64,000 nt of DNA from Candidatus Paceibacter sp. (GTDB taxonomy: Bacteria; Patescibacteriota; Minisyncoccia; Phycocordibacterales; BOKC01), in contig DYGD01000002.1 in assembly GCA_020724885.1 (NCBI GenBank), forward strand, positions 3,038-67,037, given 5' to 3'. The notes below the pieces were generated by a model that saw only the letters and a list, made by a program, of their open reading frames with translations, searched no databases and had not been told where the DNA came from. The translations under genes and the position numbers were made by a program. Below, in pieces: positions 31,150-40,535 of the stretch (the stretch's first letter is position 1; every line of letters starts with the position of its first letter).

Positions 31150-32190
31150 ATGACTAAAACTAAAGAATCTAAAAAAGCGGGGGGCGAAACTAAAAATATT
31201 GACGCTACTTTGAAAGATATAAAATCAAGGTTCGGAGAAGAAGCGATAATGAAACTCGGCGAAAAGCCAAAAGTCAATGTTGATGCCATACCGACCGGCT
31301 CTATCGGCCTAGACGCGGCGCTCGGAGTCGGCGGTGTGCCAAGAGGGCGAATTATTGAAATCTACGGACCAGAATCTTCTGGAAAAACCACCTTGTCTCT
31401 CCACATTGTGGCTGAGGCCCAAAAGCGCGGCGGAATCTGCGCATTTATTGATGCCGAACACGCTATGGATCCGGAATATTCAAAAAAGATAGGGGTTAAA
31501 ATTGACGAACTCTTGATTTCCCAACCGGATACGGGTGAGCAAGCGCTGGAAATTGTTGAGTCGCTAGTCCGTTCCGGAAAAATTGATGTGATTGTGGTTG
31601 ATTCAGTCGCGGCCCTGACTCCCAAAGATGAAATAGAGGGTGAGATGGGGGCGCATCACGTCGGCAAGCAAGCGCGACTTATGTCTCAAGCGCTCCGCAA
31701 ACTGACCGCGATTGTCGCAAAAAGTAAAACTATTGTGATTTTCATCAATCAAATCAGGATGCAAATCGGCGTGATGTTTGGGAACCCGGAGACCACCCCT
31801 GGCGGCAAAGCTCTAAAATTTTATACTTCGGTCAGAATTGATGTCAGAAGAATCGCTCAGATTAAAAAAGGAGAAGAAATTATGGGCTCGCGGGTCAGAG
31901 CCAAAGTGGTTAAAAATAAAGTGGCGGCGCCGTTTCGCCAGACCGAGTTTGATTTGATGTATAACGAAGGAATTTCCAAAGAAGGAGAAATAATGGCTTT
32001 GGGAGAAAAATTGAAAGTCATTGAAAAATCAAGCGGTGGTTCCTACAGCTACCTGCCTGACGGCAAGGCAGGCGGAGAGATTAAACTTGGCCGTGGTTAT
32101 GACGCCGCCCGCCAATTCTTAAAAAGTGAGCCCAAAATCTCCGGGGAGATTTTGAAAAAAATCAAAGAAAAACTAGCTGAAAAAGCCTAG
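31150..32190 (+). CDS. recA: Recombinase RecA
   Basis: [25 protein letters not shown] and GGKALKFY motifs. Confidence 0.98.
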   Translation: MTKTKESKKAGGETKNIDATLKDIKSRFGEEAIMKLGEKPKVNVDAIPTGSIGLDAALGVGGVPRGRIIEIYGPESSGKTTLSLHIVAEAQKRGGICAFIDAEHAMDPEYSKKIGVKIDELLISQPDTGEQALEIVESLVRSGKIDVIVVDSVAALTPKDEIEGEMGAHHVGKQARLMSQALRKLTAIVAKSKTIVIFINQIRMQIGVMFGNPETTPGGKALKFYTSVRIDVRRIAQIKKGEEIMGSRVRAKVVKNKVAAPFRQTEFDLMYNEGISKEGEIMALGEKLKVIEKSSGGSYSYLPDGKAGGEIKLGRGYDAARQFLKSEPKISGEILKKIKEKLAEKA

Positions 32191-32309
32191 CTTGTTACAA
32201 CACGCGTCTTAAAACAGCTAGAATATCAGAAAAATTGACCTGCGACTTTCGCCCACGCGGAATGCAAACCTTGCAATTAAAGCCGGTTTGATATAAGTTA
32301 TTCCCCATT

Positions 32310-32873
32310 ATGCTCCAATACAACGAGATAACAGAAAAAAAGGTCATAGAATTAGACGGCGAACCGTATGAGGTTTTGAGCTCTCATGTCTTTCGCAAAC
32401 AACAGAGAAAACCTGTAAACGCCACAAAATTGAAAAACCTTGTCACCGGTAAAGTCACCGAGCGCTCTTTTCATGTCTCAGAAAAAGCCGAAGAAGCAGA
32501 CCTGAATCTCCAAGAGATCAAATATCTTTACAATAATCGAGGCGAATTCTGGTTTTGTGACAAAGATAATCCCAAAGATCGATTCAACCTCCCGGAAGAG
32601 TTGATTGGATCGCAAGTAAAATTCTTAAAGGAAAATTCGGTAATTGACGCCATGGTATTTAACGAAAAAATAATCGGCCTAAAAATGCCGATAAAAGCGG
32701 ATTTAAAAGTTACTGAAGCCCACCCGGCGGTCAAAGGCAACACTGCGCAAGGCGCCACAAAAGAAGCGGTTTTAGAAACCGGCGTCACTATTCAAGTCCC
32801 TCTTTTTGTCAAGGAAGGAGACATTGTGCGAGTCAATACCGAAACCGGACAGTATGTTGAGAGAGTAAACTAA
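32310..32873 (+). CDS. efp: Elongation factor P
   Basis: PAVKGNTA, LETG..IQVPLF and VNTETGQYVER motifs. Confidence 0.93.
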   Translation: MLQYNEITEKKVIELDGEPYEVLSSHVFRKQQRKPVNATKLKNLVTGKVTERSFHVSEKAEEADLNLQEIKYLYNNRGEFWFCDKDNPKDRFNLPEELIGSQVKFLKENSVIDAMVFNEKIIGLKMPIKADLKVTEAHPAVKGNTAQGATKEAVLETGVTIQVPLFVKEGDIVRVNTETGQYVERVN

Positions 32874-33022
32874 CCCATACAACCTATACAACCTATACAA
32901 CAAAATCAGCGAATAAATCCCCCCCCCTTCGCCTTGCCAGCTTGGCACCTCCTTTAGGAAAGGGAGAATAGAAGCCAACGGATTTGAGCGGTTGTTGGTT
33001 GTATAGGTTGTAGAGGTTGTTG
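32872..33022. repeat. Inverted 9-mer tandem repeats between convergent efp and rpsR
   Basis: (AACCTATAC)n after efp and (GTTGTAKAG)n after rpsR; the same unit is inserted in argS. Confidence 0.7.
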
Positions 33023-33023
33023 G

Positions 33024-33239
33024 CTACTTCTGCACGTATGGCAGAAGTCCCATAAAACGAGCTCTCTTTATTGCCAAAGAAAGTTTGCGTTGGTTTTTGG
33101 CAGAAACGCCCGTTCTTTTTCTGGCCAAAATCCGACCATGTGGATTAAGAAATTTCTTCAGGATTTCAACATCCTTGTAATCAACGTGTCTTATATTATT
33201 TTGGGTGAAAAAACATTGGGTCATATTTTTGTTGGACAT
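33024..33239 (-). CDS. rpsR: 30S ribosomal protein S18
   Basis: [22 protein letters not shown] and [12 protein letters not shown] motifs. Confidence 0.96.
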   Translation of the reverse strand: MSNKNMTQCFFTQNNIRHVDYKDVEILKKFLNPHGRILARKRTGVSAKNQRKLSLAIKRARFMGLLPYVQK

Positions 33240-33310
33240 TAGTTTACTAGATCTTGGAATTTGGGTCAAGTTGATTTTCCCTAACGCTTAGCGCCTAATT
33301 TCCAAAAAAC

Positions 33311-33754
33311 CTAGAAAGGTATGTCATCCGGATTAACTTCTTCCTCTGGATACGCAATCTCGCCTTCGTCTTTTGAACCGCTCTCAGATTTTACTTCTTC
33401 TTTCTTAGGACCCTCACTAAAACCACCGGCTTTCGGACCAAATTGAACTCGATCGGCGACAATTTCAGTGCGATACCTCTTGTTGCCGTCTTGGCCGTCC
33501 CAGCTTCTGGTTTGGATCCTCCCTTCCACCAACACATTTTGGCCTTTTTTCAAATATTGGGCTGATGTTTCTGCCTGCCTACCAAAAACCACAATATTAT
33601 GATACTCGGTGCTTTCCTGTTTCGCTCCATCCTTATCTCTCCAGACCCGATTGGTAGCTACTCCCAAAGTACAGACCGCAGTCCCAGAAGGTAAAGATTT
33701 AAGTTCCGGGTCTCTGGTCAAGTTTCCTATTATTATAGCTTTGTTTAAATACAT
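33311..33754 (-). CDS. ssb: Single-stranded DNA-binding protein
   Basis: MYLNKAIIIGNLTRDPE...DDIPF. Confidence 0.96.
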   Translation of the reverse strand: MYLNKAIIIGNLTRDPELKSLPSGTAVCTLGVATNRVWRDKDGAKQESTEYHNIVVFGRQAETSAQYLKKGQNVLVEGRIQTRSWDGQDGNKRYRTEIVADRVQFGPKAGGFSEGPKKEEVKSESGSKDEGEIAYPEEEVNPDDIPF

Positions 33755-34071
33755 CCCGTTGTAAGATTTAGGATTGTTAAATTTTTCGACTTCTGTTTGC
33801 AAAATAATCTCTTAATCTTTTTCTTAGCATGCTTCTTCCTTGTGTAGATTTAAGATATTTCTCTCGTCTTCTGACATCAGATTACCCTCTGCAACCTTCC
33901 ACATAAACATACTTCCAGGGTTTTTATTTCCTAGTCGAAAAATTTAACCCTTAATTATGTTCTTCCAAACGTCTTTTTAGATTATTGGTAAACCCGATGT
34001 GCAATTCACTAGTTTTTGAATTATCTATGACATAGACGAAGAACATAATCTATCCTAAATTCTACGACGGG
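33755..34071. mobile_element. 317-bp MITE-like insertion at the ssb start codon
   Basis: Imperfect terminal inverted repeats CCCGTTGTAAGATTTAGGAT / ATCCTAAATTCTACGACGGG, flanked by the direct repeat ATACAT (ATGTAT on the coding strand). Confidence 0.75.
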
Positions 34072-34092
34072 ATACATATCCTAAATTTGAAA

Positions 34093-34611
34093 TCAACCAG
34101 TAGACACCAATTTCTCAATACTTTTATCAAGTTCTTCTGGAGACACTTCTTCTGATTTTGAGCTTACTTCAGCAGTAGCCGGACCTGCGCCTCTCGCCTC
34201 CCTGTCTCTCTTCATCGTCAACTTATGAGAATAAATGGTATTCTCTCTAACCGTATCCAACAAAATAAATCTTATAACATTCAGATTATTTTGGAAAGAA
34301 GAATTAACCACCGGAACTTCAGATGGTTTTAATTCAAACTTTACCCAGCCAAAGTAGGCCTGATTGTATTTTTGATTTTTATTGTCAATTTTTTTGACCA
34401 TTGTGTAAGCTAAGGGTCTCAATTTTGGAAAATCTTCGGAAATAAAAAAACCGCCCCGCTCTTCTATAACGGATTTTAAAGCAGATACTTCTTCAGGCAA
34501 TTTTTCTTCGGCAACTGTCGGAGCTAAAAGAAAGCCAATTTCATAGACCTTCAGGCCGTCATTTTCGGACCCGTCTTCGGTCATATTTTCGTCTCTTTTT
34601 TCTTCGTCCAT
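34093..34611 (-). CDS. rpsF: 30S ribosomal protein S6
   Basis: YEIGFLL, LRPLAYTM and VIRFIL motifs; rpsF-ssb-rpsR synteny. Confidence 0.92.
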   Translation of the reverse strand: MDEEKRDENMTEDGSENDGLKVYEIGFLLAPTVAEEKLPEEVSALKSVIEERGGFFISEDFPKLRPLAYTMVKKIDNKNQKYNQAYFGWVKFELKPSEVPVVNSSFQNNLNVIRFILLDTVRENTIYSHKLTMKRDREARGAGPATAEVSSKSEEVSPEELDKSIEKLVSTG

Positions 34612-34653
34612 AGGCAGATAGGTTAGCATATAAGCAGGAAATTAGCAACGAAT

Positions 34654-35544
34654 TCAACAAATGACCATAGACCTTAATTTCTCTGTGTTTCCATGCTTCA
34701 ACACTCCTAAATACGAAGTAATGGTTTCCGGCTTCGGATTTCCTTTTATTCTCTTTATCACTCTCCTCCTAGTCGCCGTCCTCAACACCCGGTGTTTGGG
34801 AAAATTCACCCAGCCCAGGAAATCAACTCCGGAAGCGAAGGTTTTTATATAGACCTTATCAGGATGCAAGTTCAATTTGAGCTTGGTTTCAAGAAATTCT
34901 TTGATTTTTGGAATTAAATGTTCAAGTTCTGCTTTGTTGTCTGAAAGAAACACAAAATCATCGGCGTAGCGGATGTAGTATTTTTGTTTGAGTTGGTGTT
35001 TAACAAATTGGTCAAACTCGTTCATATAGACATTGACCAGAAGTTGGGAGGTTAGGTTCCCCAGAGGCAGGCCTTTATTTGGCATTCCAGAGTTGAAGCT
35101 TTTGATGATTGTTTCCAGAAGTTCAATCACTTCCGGTTCAAGGCGGTGTTTCTTTAGAATTTCAATTAGAATGTCTTGGTCAATAGAAGCAAAGAACTTT
35201 CTGATGTCGCACTTCAAGACCCAAGAGGTTCTGGTGTTGTTTTTGCTGACTTTAAAGAAGAATCTCTGGAATCTGGCGATGGCTTTGTGAGTGCCTTTGC
35301 CTATCCGGCAGGAGTATGAATCGGCGATGAATTTTTTATCAAAAAAGGGATAGAGTTGTCGGTAGATGGCGTGGTGGAGCAGGCGGTCCTTGACGCTGGC
35401 TTTGTGGATGGTGCGGGGCTTGGGGTCGGAGATGTTGAATGAATGGTAACTTCCATGCTCATAAGTTAAATTTTTCAAATCTTCATGAAGGGAAAAGACA
35501 TTATCGGCAAGTTTAAGAGAAAACTCTTGAACATCCTTTCTGTT
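34654..35544 (-). CDS. DGR-type reverse transcriptase, 5'-truncated (possibly pseudogene)
   Basis: KPRTIHKASVKDRLLHHA, SYSCRIGKGTH, LKCDIRKFFASID, GLPLGNLTSQ (DGR SQ motif), YIRYADDF and DFLG. RT-like sequence continues 22 codons upstream of the TTG at 35478 with no ATG/GTG before the in-frame TGA at 35593-35595. Confidence 0.9.
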   Translation of the reverse strand, partial: NRKDVQEFSLKLADNVFSLHEDLKNLTYEHGSYHSFNISDPKPRTIHKASVKDRLLHHAIYRQLYPFFDKKFIADSYSCRIGKGTHKAIARFQRFFFKVSKNNTRTSWVLKCDIRKFFASIDQDILIEILKKHRLEPEVIELLETIIKSFNSGMPNKGLPLGNLTSQLLVNVYMNEFDQFVKHQLKQKYYIRYADDFVFLSDNKAELEHLIPKIKEFLETKLKLNLHPDKVYIKTFASGVDFLGWVNFPKHRVLRTATRRRVIKRIKGNPKPETITSYLGVLKHGNTEKLRSMVIC

Positions 35545-35707
35545 TTGGGCACACGCCCGTTTGTTTCGCCAGAGGACTAACCACCGTGGTAGTCATAGCC
35601 AGAAAACCTCGTCCGCCGGCTGGCGGATTTCAAGACCTTTTGGCTATGACCACTTTTTTCGCAACAGCACTTCAAAGAACAAAAACTGCTTATATGATAC
35701 ACGAAAC

Positions 35708-36625
35708 CTATATTTTGTCAAGGTTAAAAAACTTTACCGCATTTTGCACCAGAGCGGTGCGGACTTTGAAAAAGTCCGCACCGCGTATTTCCGCGATTTT
35801 CTTAACGACTTCTTTGACGTAAATCGGCTCGTTTCTCCGGCCCCGAAACGGCTCTGGCGCCACATACGGACAATCGGTCTCAGCCATTATCCTGTCTAGC
35901 GGCGCGTTTTTTATAATTTCATCATACTGCCGAGCAAATGTAATCACGCCGGTAAAAGACAGAAAAAAACCGGCATCCAAAATTTCTTTAGCTTCGTCCC
36001 AAGAGCCGGCAAAGAAATGGAAGTTAGCCGGAACTTTGGCTTCGGACCTTAAAATTTCTAACGCCTCTCTGTAAGCCGAGCGATCAGAGCCGTTTCGAAC
36101 GTGAAGCATTAGAGGTTTCCCGACCTTGTTTGCTAAAGCGATTTGTTGAGAGAAAGCTTCGCGTTGTTTTTTTTCGGTTTCCGGTGTGCATCTATAATAA
36201 TCCAGCCCGCACTCGCCTATTCCAACCACTTTGGGATGACTTGCCATACTATGATATTTCATTATATCAAAGCGTTCGCCACGAGAGGCAAATTCTTTGC
36301 TACCGGCGCCAAGTTCTTTTTCATCGTGGAATGATTTGTCGGTGTGAATCGGATGAACGCCAACAATAGCATACACCCCCACACCTTTCCTCCGATAGTA
36401 TTCTACGCGCTCCGACTTTGTCGGAGCAATCGGAGGAAAGGTGTGGGGGTAAACCCCTTCTTCATATTTTTCGGCAAGTTCCACGGCCGACTTTGAAGTA
36501 TCTTTCTGCGTGCCGACATTTATCATCCAGACCTTGTTATCCAAAGCGCGTTTTATAACCTCCTCTCGGTCTTCATCATAAGCGGCAAAATTAACGTGAG
36601 CGTGGATATCAATGTATTCAGGCAT
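35708..36625 (-). CDS. tatD: TatD family nuclease with a 26-aa palindrome-derived insertion
   Basis: IDIHAH, GVHP, IGECGLDY, LHVR and ETDCPY motifs. Confidence 0.93.
   Translation of the reverse strand: MPEYIDIHAHVNFAAYDEDREEVIKRALDNKVWMINVGTQKDTSKSAVELAEKYEEGVYPHTFPPIAPTKSERVEYYRRKGVGVYAIVGVHPIHTDKSFHDEKELGAGSKEFASRGERFDIMKYHSMASHPKVVGIGECGLDYYRCTPETEKKQREAFSQQIALANKVGKPLMLHVRNGSDRSAYREALEILRSEAKVPANFHFFAGSWDEAKEILDAGFFLSFTGVITFARQYDEIIKNAPLDRIMAETDCPYVAPEPFRGRRNEPIYVKEVVKKIAEIRGADFFKVRTALVQNAVKFFNLDKI
36375..36450. repeat. In-frame palindromic element inside tatD
   Basis: Perfect 22-bp inverted repeat ACCCCCACACCTTTCCTCCGAT / ATCGGAGGAAAGGTGTGGGGGT. Confidence 0.88.
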
Positions 36626-36663
36626 AAGATTAGGGTTTAGGATACGGTCAATAGCCAATGAGG

Positions 36664-38100
36664 TTAATCTTTTCTTGGAAAAAGCGGTTTTTCCGGAATT
36701 TTGTTTTCCTTTACGGCTTTTTTTATTGTATCAGAAGTGATAGGCATTACAGGATTCAACATTCTGCCAATCGTATATAACCCAATCACAAGCTCTTTTA
36801 TAATCTCTTTTGCTTTTTCAGGATCGGTCTTTACCACTTTAAAGGGCTCCGTTTCTTGAATTTTTAAATCAAGCTCTCCTATTTTCTGCCATATGATATT
36901 TGTCGCCCCTTGAATGTTAAATTCGTCCAACGCATCTTTAAAATTTTGAGGAATTGTGTTTTTAGGAATTTCTGGCGCCAACTGCAAATTAGTTTCTGCC
37001 ATCTTCATAACCCTTGAAACCAAATTCCCCAAACCATTGGCGAGGTCGGCATTATAAGCGGTTTTGAATTTTTCAAAAGTAAATTCGCTGTCTTCAAATG
37101 GATGAACATGGCGAGCGAGATAAAAACGCAGAGAGTCGGTGCCATATTCTTTAATAATTTCAAGCGGGTCAATGGTATTGCCCAAGCTTTTGCTCATTTT
37201 TACTGCTCCATCGCCCAAAATAAAGCCGTTTATAATAATTTGCTTACTTGGCGAAAGTTCAGCTGACATTAACATCGCTTGCCACATTGCCGACTGTTGG
37301 CGAAGATTGTCCTTGCCGCAATATTGAGTCACCGGCCACCATTTATTGAATTGCTCTAAATCATTGGGCCAGCCGATTGTCGAAATGTAATTTACCAAAG
37401 CGTCAAACCAGACATACATCACATGATCCGGATCATCCGGCACTTCCACCCCCCAAGGCATTTTGCTTTTTAAGCGGGAAATACTGAAATCTTCAAGTCC
37501 TCTCTCAACAAAACGCCTTATTTCATTGAACCGGAAATCAGGAATCACAAACCCGGGATTTTTCTCGTAAAAATCCAAAAGCGATTTTTGATATTTGGAA
37601 AATCGGAAAAAATAATTTTCTTCCTCAAGAATCTCAATTTCCAACGCGGGGTGCTCGGGACATTTGCCGACAATTAGTTCGGAGTCGGTTTTCTCCAGTT
37701 CACAACCGACGCAGTACTTAATTCTGTAGCTTTTCTTGTATATGTCGCCTTTCCTTTCACAAATTTTCCAAAATTCTTGCGCCGCTTTTTTATGATAAGG
37801 ATCAGTCGTTCTTATAAAATTCAGGTCTTCCGTCATCCCAAGTTTTTTGACAAAACTCTTAAATTTGTCGGCGTATTCATCAACATATTCCTGTGGGTCT
37901 TTTCCTAGCTCAAGCGCTTTGCGATAAATCTTTAAACCATGCTCATCGGTGCCAGTATTAAGAAAAACATCAAAACCGCTTAGTTTTTTGTAGCGTGCGA
38001 TAATATCCGCCCGAACAAATTCCAAAGCATGCCCAAGGTGCGGCTCAGCATTAACATAGGGCAGGGTGGTGGTGATGTAGAAGGTTTTTTCTTGCGCCAC
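36664..38100 (-). CDS. metG: Methionine--tRNA ligase
   Basis: YVNAEPHLGH, GTDEHG, YVWFDAL and KMSKSLGN motifs. Confidence 0.96.
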   Translation of the reverse strand: MAQEKTFYITTTLPYVNAEPHLGHALEFVRADIIARYKKLSGFDVFLNTGTDEHGLKIYRKALELGKDPQEYVDEYADKFKSFVKKLGMTEDLNFIRTTDPYHKKAAQEFWKICERKGDIYKKSYRIKYCVGCELEKTDSELIVGKCPEHPALEIEILEEENYFFRFSKYQKSLLDFYEKNPGFVIPDFRFNEIRRFVERGLEDFSISRLKSKMPWGVEVPDDPDHVMYVWFDALVNYISTIGWPNDLEQFNKWWPVTQYCGKDNLRQQSAMWQAMLMSAELSPSKQIIINGFILGDGAVKMSKSLGNTIDPLEIIKEYGTDSLRFYLARHVHPFEDSEFTFEKFKTAYNADLANGLGNLVSRVMKMAETNLQLAPEIPKNTIPQNFKDALDEFNIQGATNIIWQKIGELDLKIQETEPFKVVKTDPEKAKEIIKELVIGLYTIGRMLNPVMPITSDTIKKAVKENKIPEKPLFPRKD

Positions 38101-38110
38101 GGGTTATTTT

Positions 38111-39163
38111 TTATTTAGAAGAATTAGGGGAGCCAGAACTTTTGGAGACAGTAGCGTGCTTTCTCTTATCCATATCTTCCAGAAAGACCATCACCACCGC
38201 GGCCAATGGAACCGAAATCAAAATTCCCAAAAAGCCGGCGAGCTTAAAGCCGACTACCAAAGACAGAATAACCACAATCGGCGACAGGCCCACAACTTTC
38301 TTGACAACCAGAGGGTAAATAAGTTGGCTTTCAAACTGCTGGATAATGACGTAGAGACCAACAACAATCAGAGCCACGGTCAATCCACCATCTAAAAAAC
38401 CCAAAGCGATAGCCGGCACCGCAGCAATAATCGGCCCAAAAACCGGAATAATTTCCATCAGAGCCGCCAAAAAAGCCAGAAGCAGAGCGTTGGGAATTCC
38501 GAGAAGCAAAAGGCCTAAGTAAGTTAAAACACCGACAATGACCGCCAAAACGATTTGCCCCTGCACCCAAAGACCGATCTTGACTTCCGAACGGCGCCAT
38601 AAGTCCAAAACGTATTCTTCGTATTTAATCGGCGTCACTAATCGCAAAAATCTGGAAACCCCGCCCTCCTGGACTGATAGATAGAAAGACAGAACAATAA
38701 TCAAAACAAAAGATAGCATGCCGCCAAAGAAGATTGAGGCGGCGCCGAGAAAATTAAAACTGCCGGAAAGCGCCAAATTGGCTTGATTGATAGCTTCTCG
38801 GAGAGAGAAGTCACGAATTACCGACTGGCCGAAGAAGCCATCCTGCAGGGGGTTCCAAACTTCCAATTCAGTCAAATGCGCCGGTAAATCTTTGAGCAAA
38901 GTGGTGGTCTCGCTCAAAAGCGGGATGAGTAAGAAATAAAAAGAAACAGCGAAAATCAGTCCTGCTAAAAGATAAACAATCAAAACTGCCATCACCCGCG
39001 GCACTTTGTATTTTTTAAACCAGCGGGTAGCCGGCTCTACGGCCGAAGCGATTAGAATAGCGGTCAAAACCACCAAAACCAAATCGCGCAGGACAAACAA
39101 AGCCCAAAAAAGAATCAGAATGAAAATTACTTTGAAAATACTGCTGGCCGAGATGTTGAGCAT
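38111..39163 (-). CDS. AI-2E (PerM) family transporter
   Basis: Multi-TM; IPVFGP, IQQFESQLIYP and GILISVP motifs. Confidence 0.9.
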   Translation of the reverse strand: MLNISASSIFKVIFILILFWALFVLRDLVLVVLTAILIASAVEPATRWFKKYKVPRVMAVLIVYLLAGLIFAVSFYFLLIPLLSETTTLLKDLPAHLTELEVWNPLQDGFFGQSVIRDFSLREAINQANLALSGSFNFLGAASIFFGGMLSFVLIIVLSFYLSVQEGGVSRFLRLVTPIKYEEYVLDLWRRSEVKIGLWVQGQIVLAVIVGVLTYLGLLLLGIPNALLLAFLAALMEIIPVFGPIIAAVPAIALGFLDGGLTVALIVVGLYVIIQQFESQLIYPLVVKKVVGLSPIVVILSLVVGFKLAGFLGILISVPLAAVVMVFLEDMDKRKHATVSKSSGSPNSSK

Positions 39164-39402
39164 AGAAATATTGTAGCACAAACCCGACACCAATACACGA
39201 ATTCACCCTCTTAACTTTCAAAGAAAGTTTGGCGGGTAAGAGCAAATGACATGAATATTTTTGCCCCCGAATTTTGCGGAGCAAAATTCGGGGGCAATCC
39301 GCGCTAATCCGCGTCTGCTATTTGCGAATTAAATGTAATAAAAAAGGACAGGAGGTGAATCCTGTCCAGGAGGCCATTGGATGTGTATTTCATGGACATC
39401 GA

Positions 39403-39708
39403 TCATCGAGGCAGGAGGTCTGCCATTTGCCTGACAAGGATCCGAGCCATGTCGTTGAATCGTGGATCAGCTTCCTTGACCGGAATATGACGAAATTCCA
39501 TCAGAGCAGCCAACTGAATCTTTTCAGGTTGACAACGGCCAGAATCCGGGCACACCCACAGATCACCGCCCAGGCGAGGATTACGGACGAAAAACCCTTG
39601 AAGAACACACACGTCCCCGCGGTACTCCAACAGGTCTCCCTCACTCACTCCTTCCCAAGACGTACCCTTCGTCATCTCGTCCACAGCGTCTCTTGTCTTC
39701 TTGTCCAT
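39403..39708 (-). CDS. Hypothetical GC-richer orphan protein
   Basis: ATG at 39708 with GGAG upstream and its own TTGACA...GATAAT promoter (~39813-39787). Confidence 0.55.
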   Translation of the reverse strand: MDKKTRDAVDEMTKGTSWEGVSEGDLLEYRGDVCVLQGFFVRNPRLGGDLWVCPDSGRCQPEKIQLAALMEFRHIPVKEADPRFNDMARILVRQMADLLPR

Positions 39709-39829
39709 AGTTATCAACTCCGTAAGCGTAAGCACACTCCTGAAACCAGAAAGCGACCATCGCTTTCCGCGAACATCTAACCAGGCATTATCCATAAACC
39801 ACGAATTTTGTCAAATTTTTTTAGAAGAC

Positions 39830-40147
39830 CTAAACCAATTTTAATTCCTTACCAACGGTCCGAGCTACTTTTTGCAGAGTGGCAACAGATAAATTATGTC
39901 GGCCGCTTTCCAAACGGGAAATTACCGATTGCGGCATTTTGGCCCGTTTGGCAACTTCTTTCTGGGTCAAGCGATGAATTAACCGCGCTTCTCTGATTTG
40001 TCGCGCCAGTTTCAATTGATTTACTCTCTCGTTATATGCCTCGCGAAATTTTTTAGAACGAAGTTTTTTCTCTAGAATCTCTTCCAAAGAATATGATTTG
40101 AGAGTCAATAGTTTTTTATTTTTTTGTCTGATTTTAATTGTTTGCAT
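39830..40147 (-). CDS. XRE-family HTH antitoxin (HigA-like)
   Basis: REARLIHRLTQKEVAKRAKMPQSVISRLESG; downstream of a toxin-like gene. Confidence 0.88.
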   Translation of the reverse strand: MQTIKIRQKNKKLLTLKSYSLEEILEKKLRSKKFREAYNERVNQLKLARQIREARLIHRLTQKEVAKRAKMPQSVISRLESGRHNLSVATLQKVARTVGKELKLV

Positions 40148-40152
40148 ATTTT

Positions 40153-40458
40153 TTAATTTATTAACTTGTTAATTTTCTCCGCATAATCTATTTCCCGCTT
40201 TGGGGTCTTTTGGCTTTTTTTGACAAAACCATTGGTGACATAAACAGAACCGCTGCGGATAAAAAACAAAATTCGGTATTTTCTAACAATAAGTTCTTTA
40301 ATTTTACCCTTCAATATTTTTACCTTGATTATCTCAAAATCACTTTGCTTCACTGCTCCTAAATCAGCCAAAATATCTGCTTGATCTTTACTTGGTAAAG
40401 AATCAATAAATTTTTTTGCTGACTCCAGAATTTGCAACTGATATTCAGACCTATTCAT
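40153..40458 (-). CDS. RelE/HigB-family (Gp49-like) toxin
   Basis: IKELIVRKYRILFF and GFVKKSQKTPKREI motifs; toxin-before-antitoxin order. Confidence 0.88.
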   Translation of the reverse strand: MNRSEYQLQILESAKKFIDSLPSKDQADILADLGAVKQSDFEIIKVKILKGKIKELIVRKYRILFFIRSGSVYVTNGFVKKSQKTPKREIDYAEKINKLIN

Positions 40459-40535
40459 TTTTGTTCAAAACAAATATAGCAAATATGCTATATTAAGTCA
40501 ACAAGTTTCCTGTGGATATCTTGCGTGAATAAGAG

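Noticed and set aside
33755-33802. N-terminal extension of SSB in the ORF track
   Set aside because: It derives from the inserted element; the conserved SSB starts at MYLNK (33754).
34654-35544. RT as a group II intron, retron or Abi RT
   Set aside because: It has the DGR-type LGNLTSQ motif and a short C-terminus with no maturase/endonuclease domain, and a TR/VR pair exists in the window.
39403-39708. Possible second DGR target among GC-richer orphans (also 53596, 55509, 62486)
   Set aside because: No similarity to the TR seen at their 3' ends by eye.
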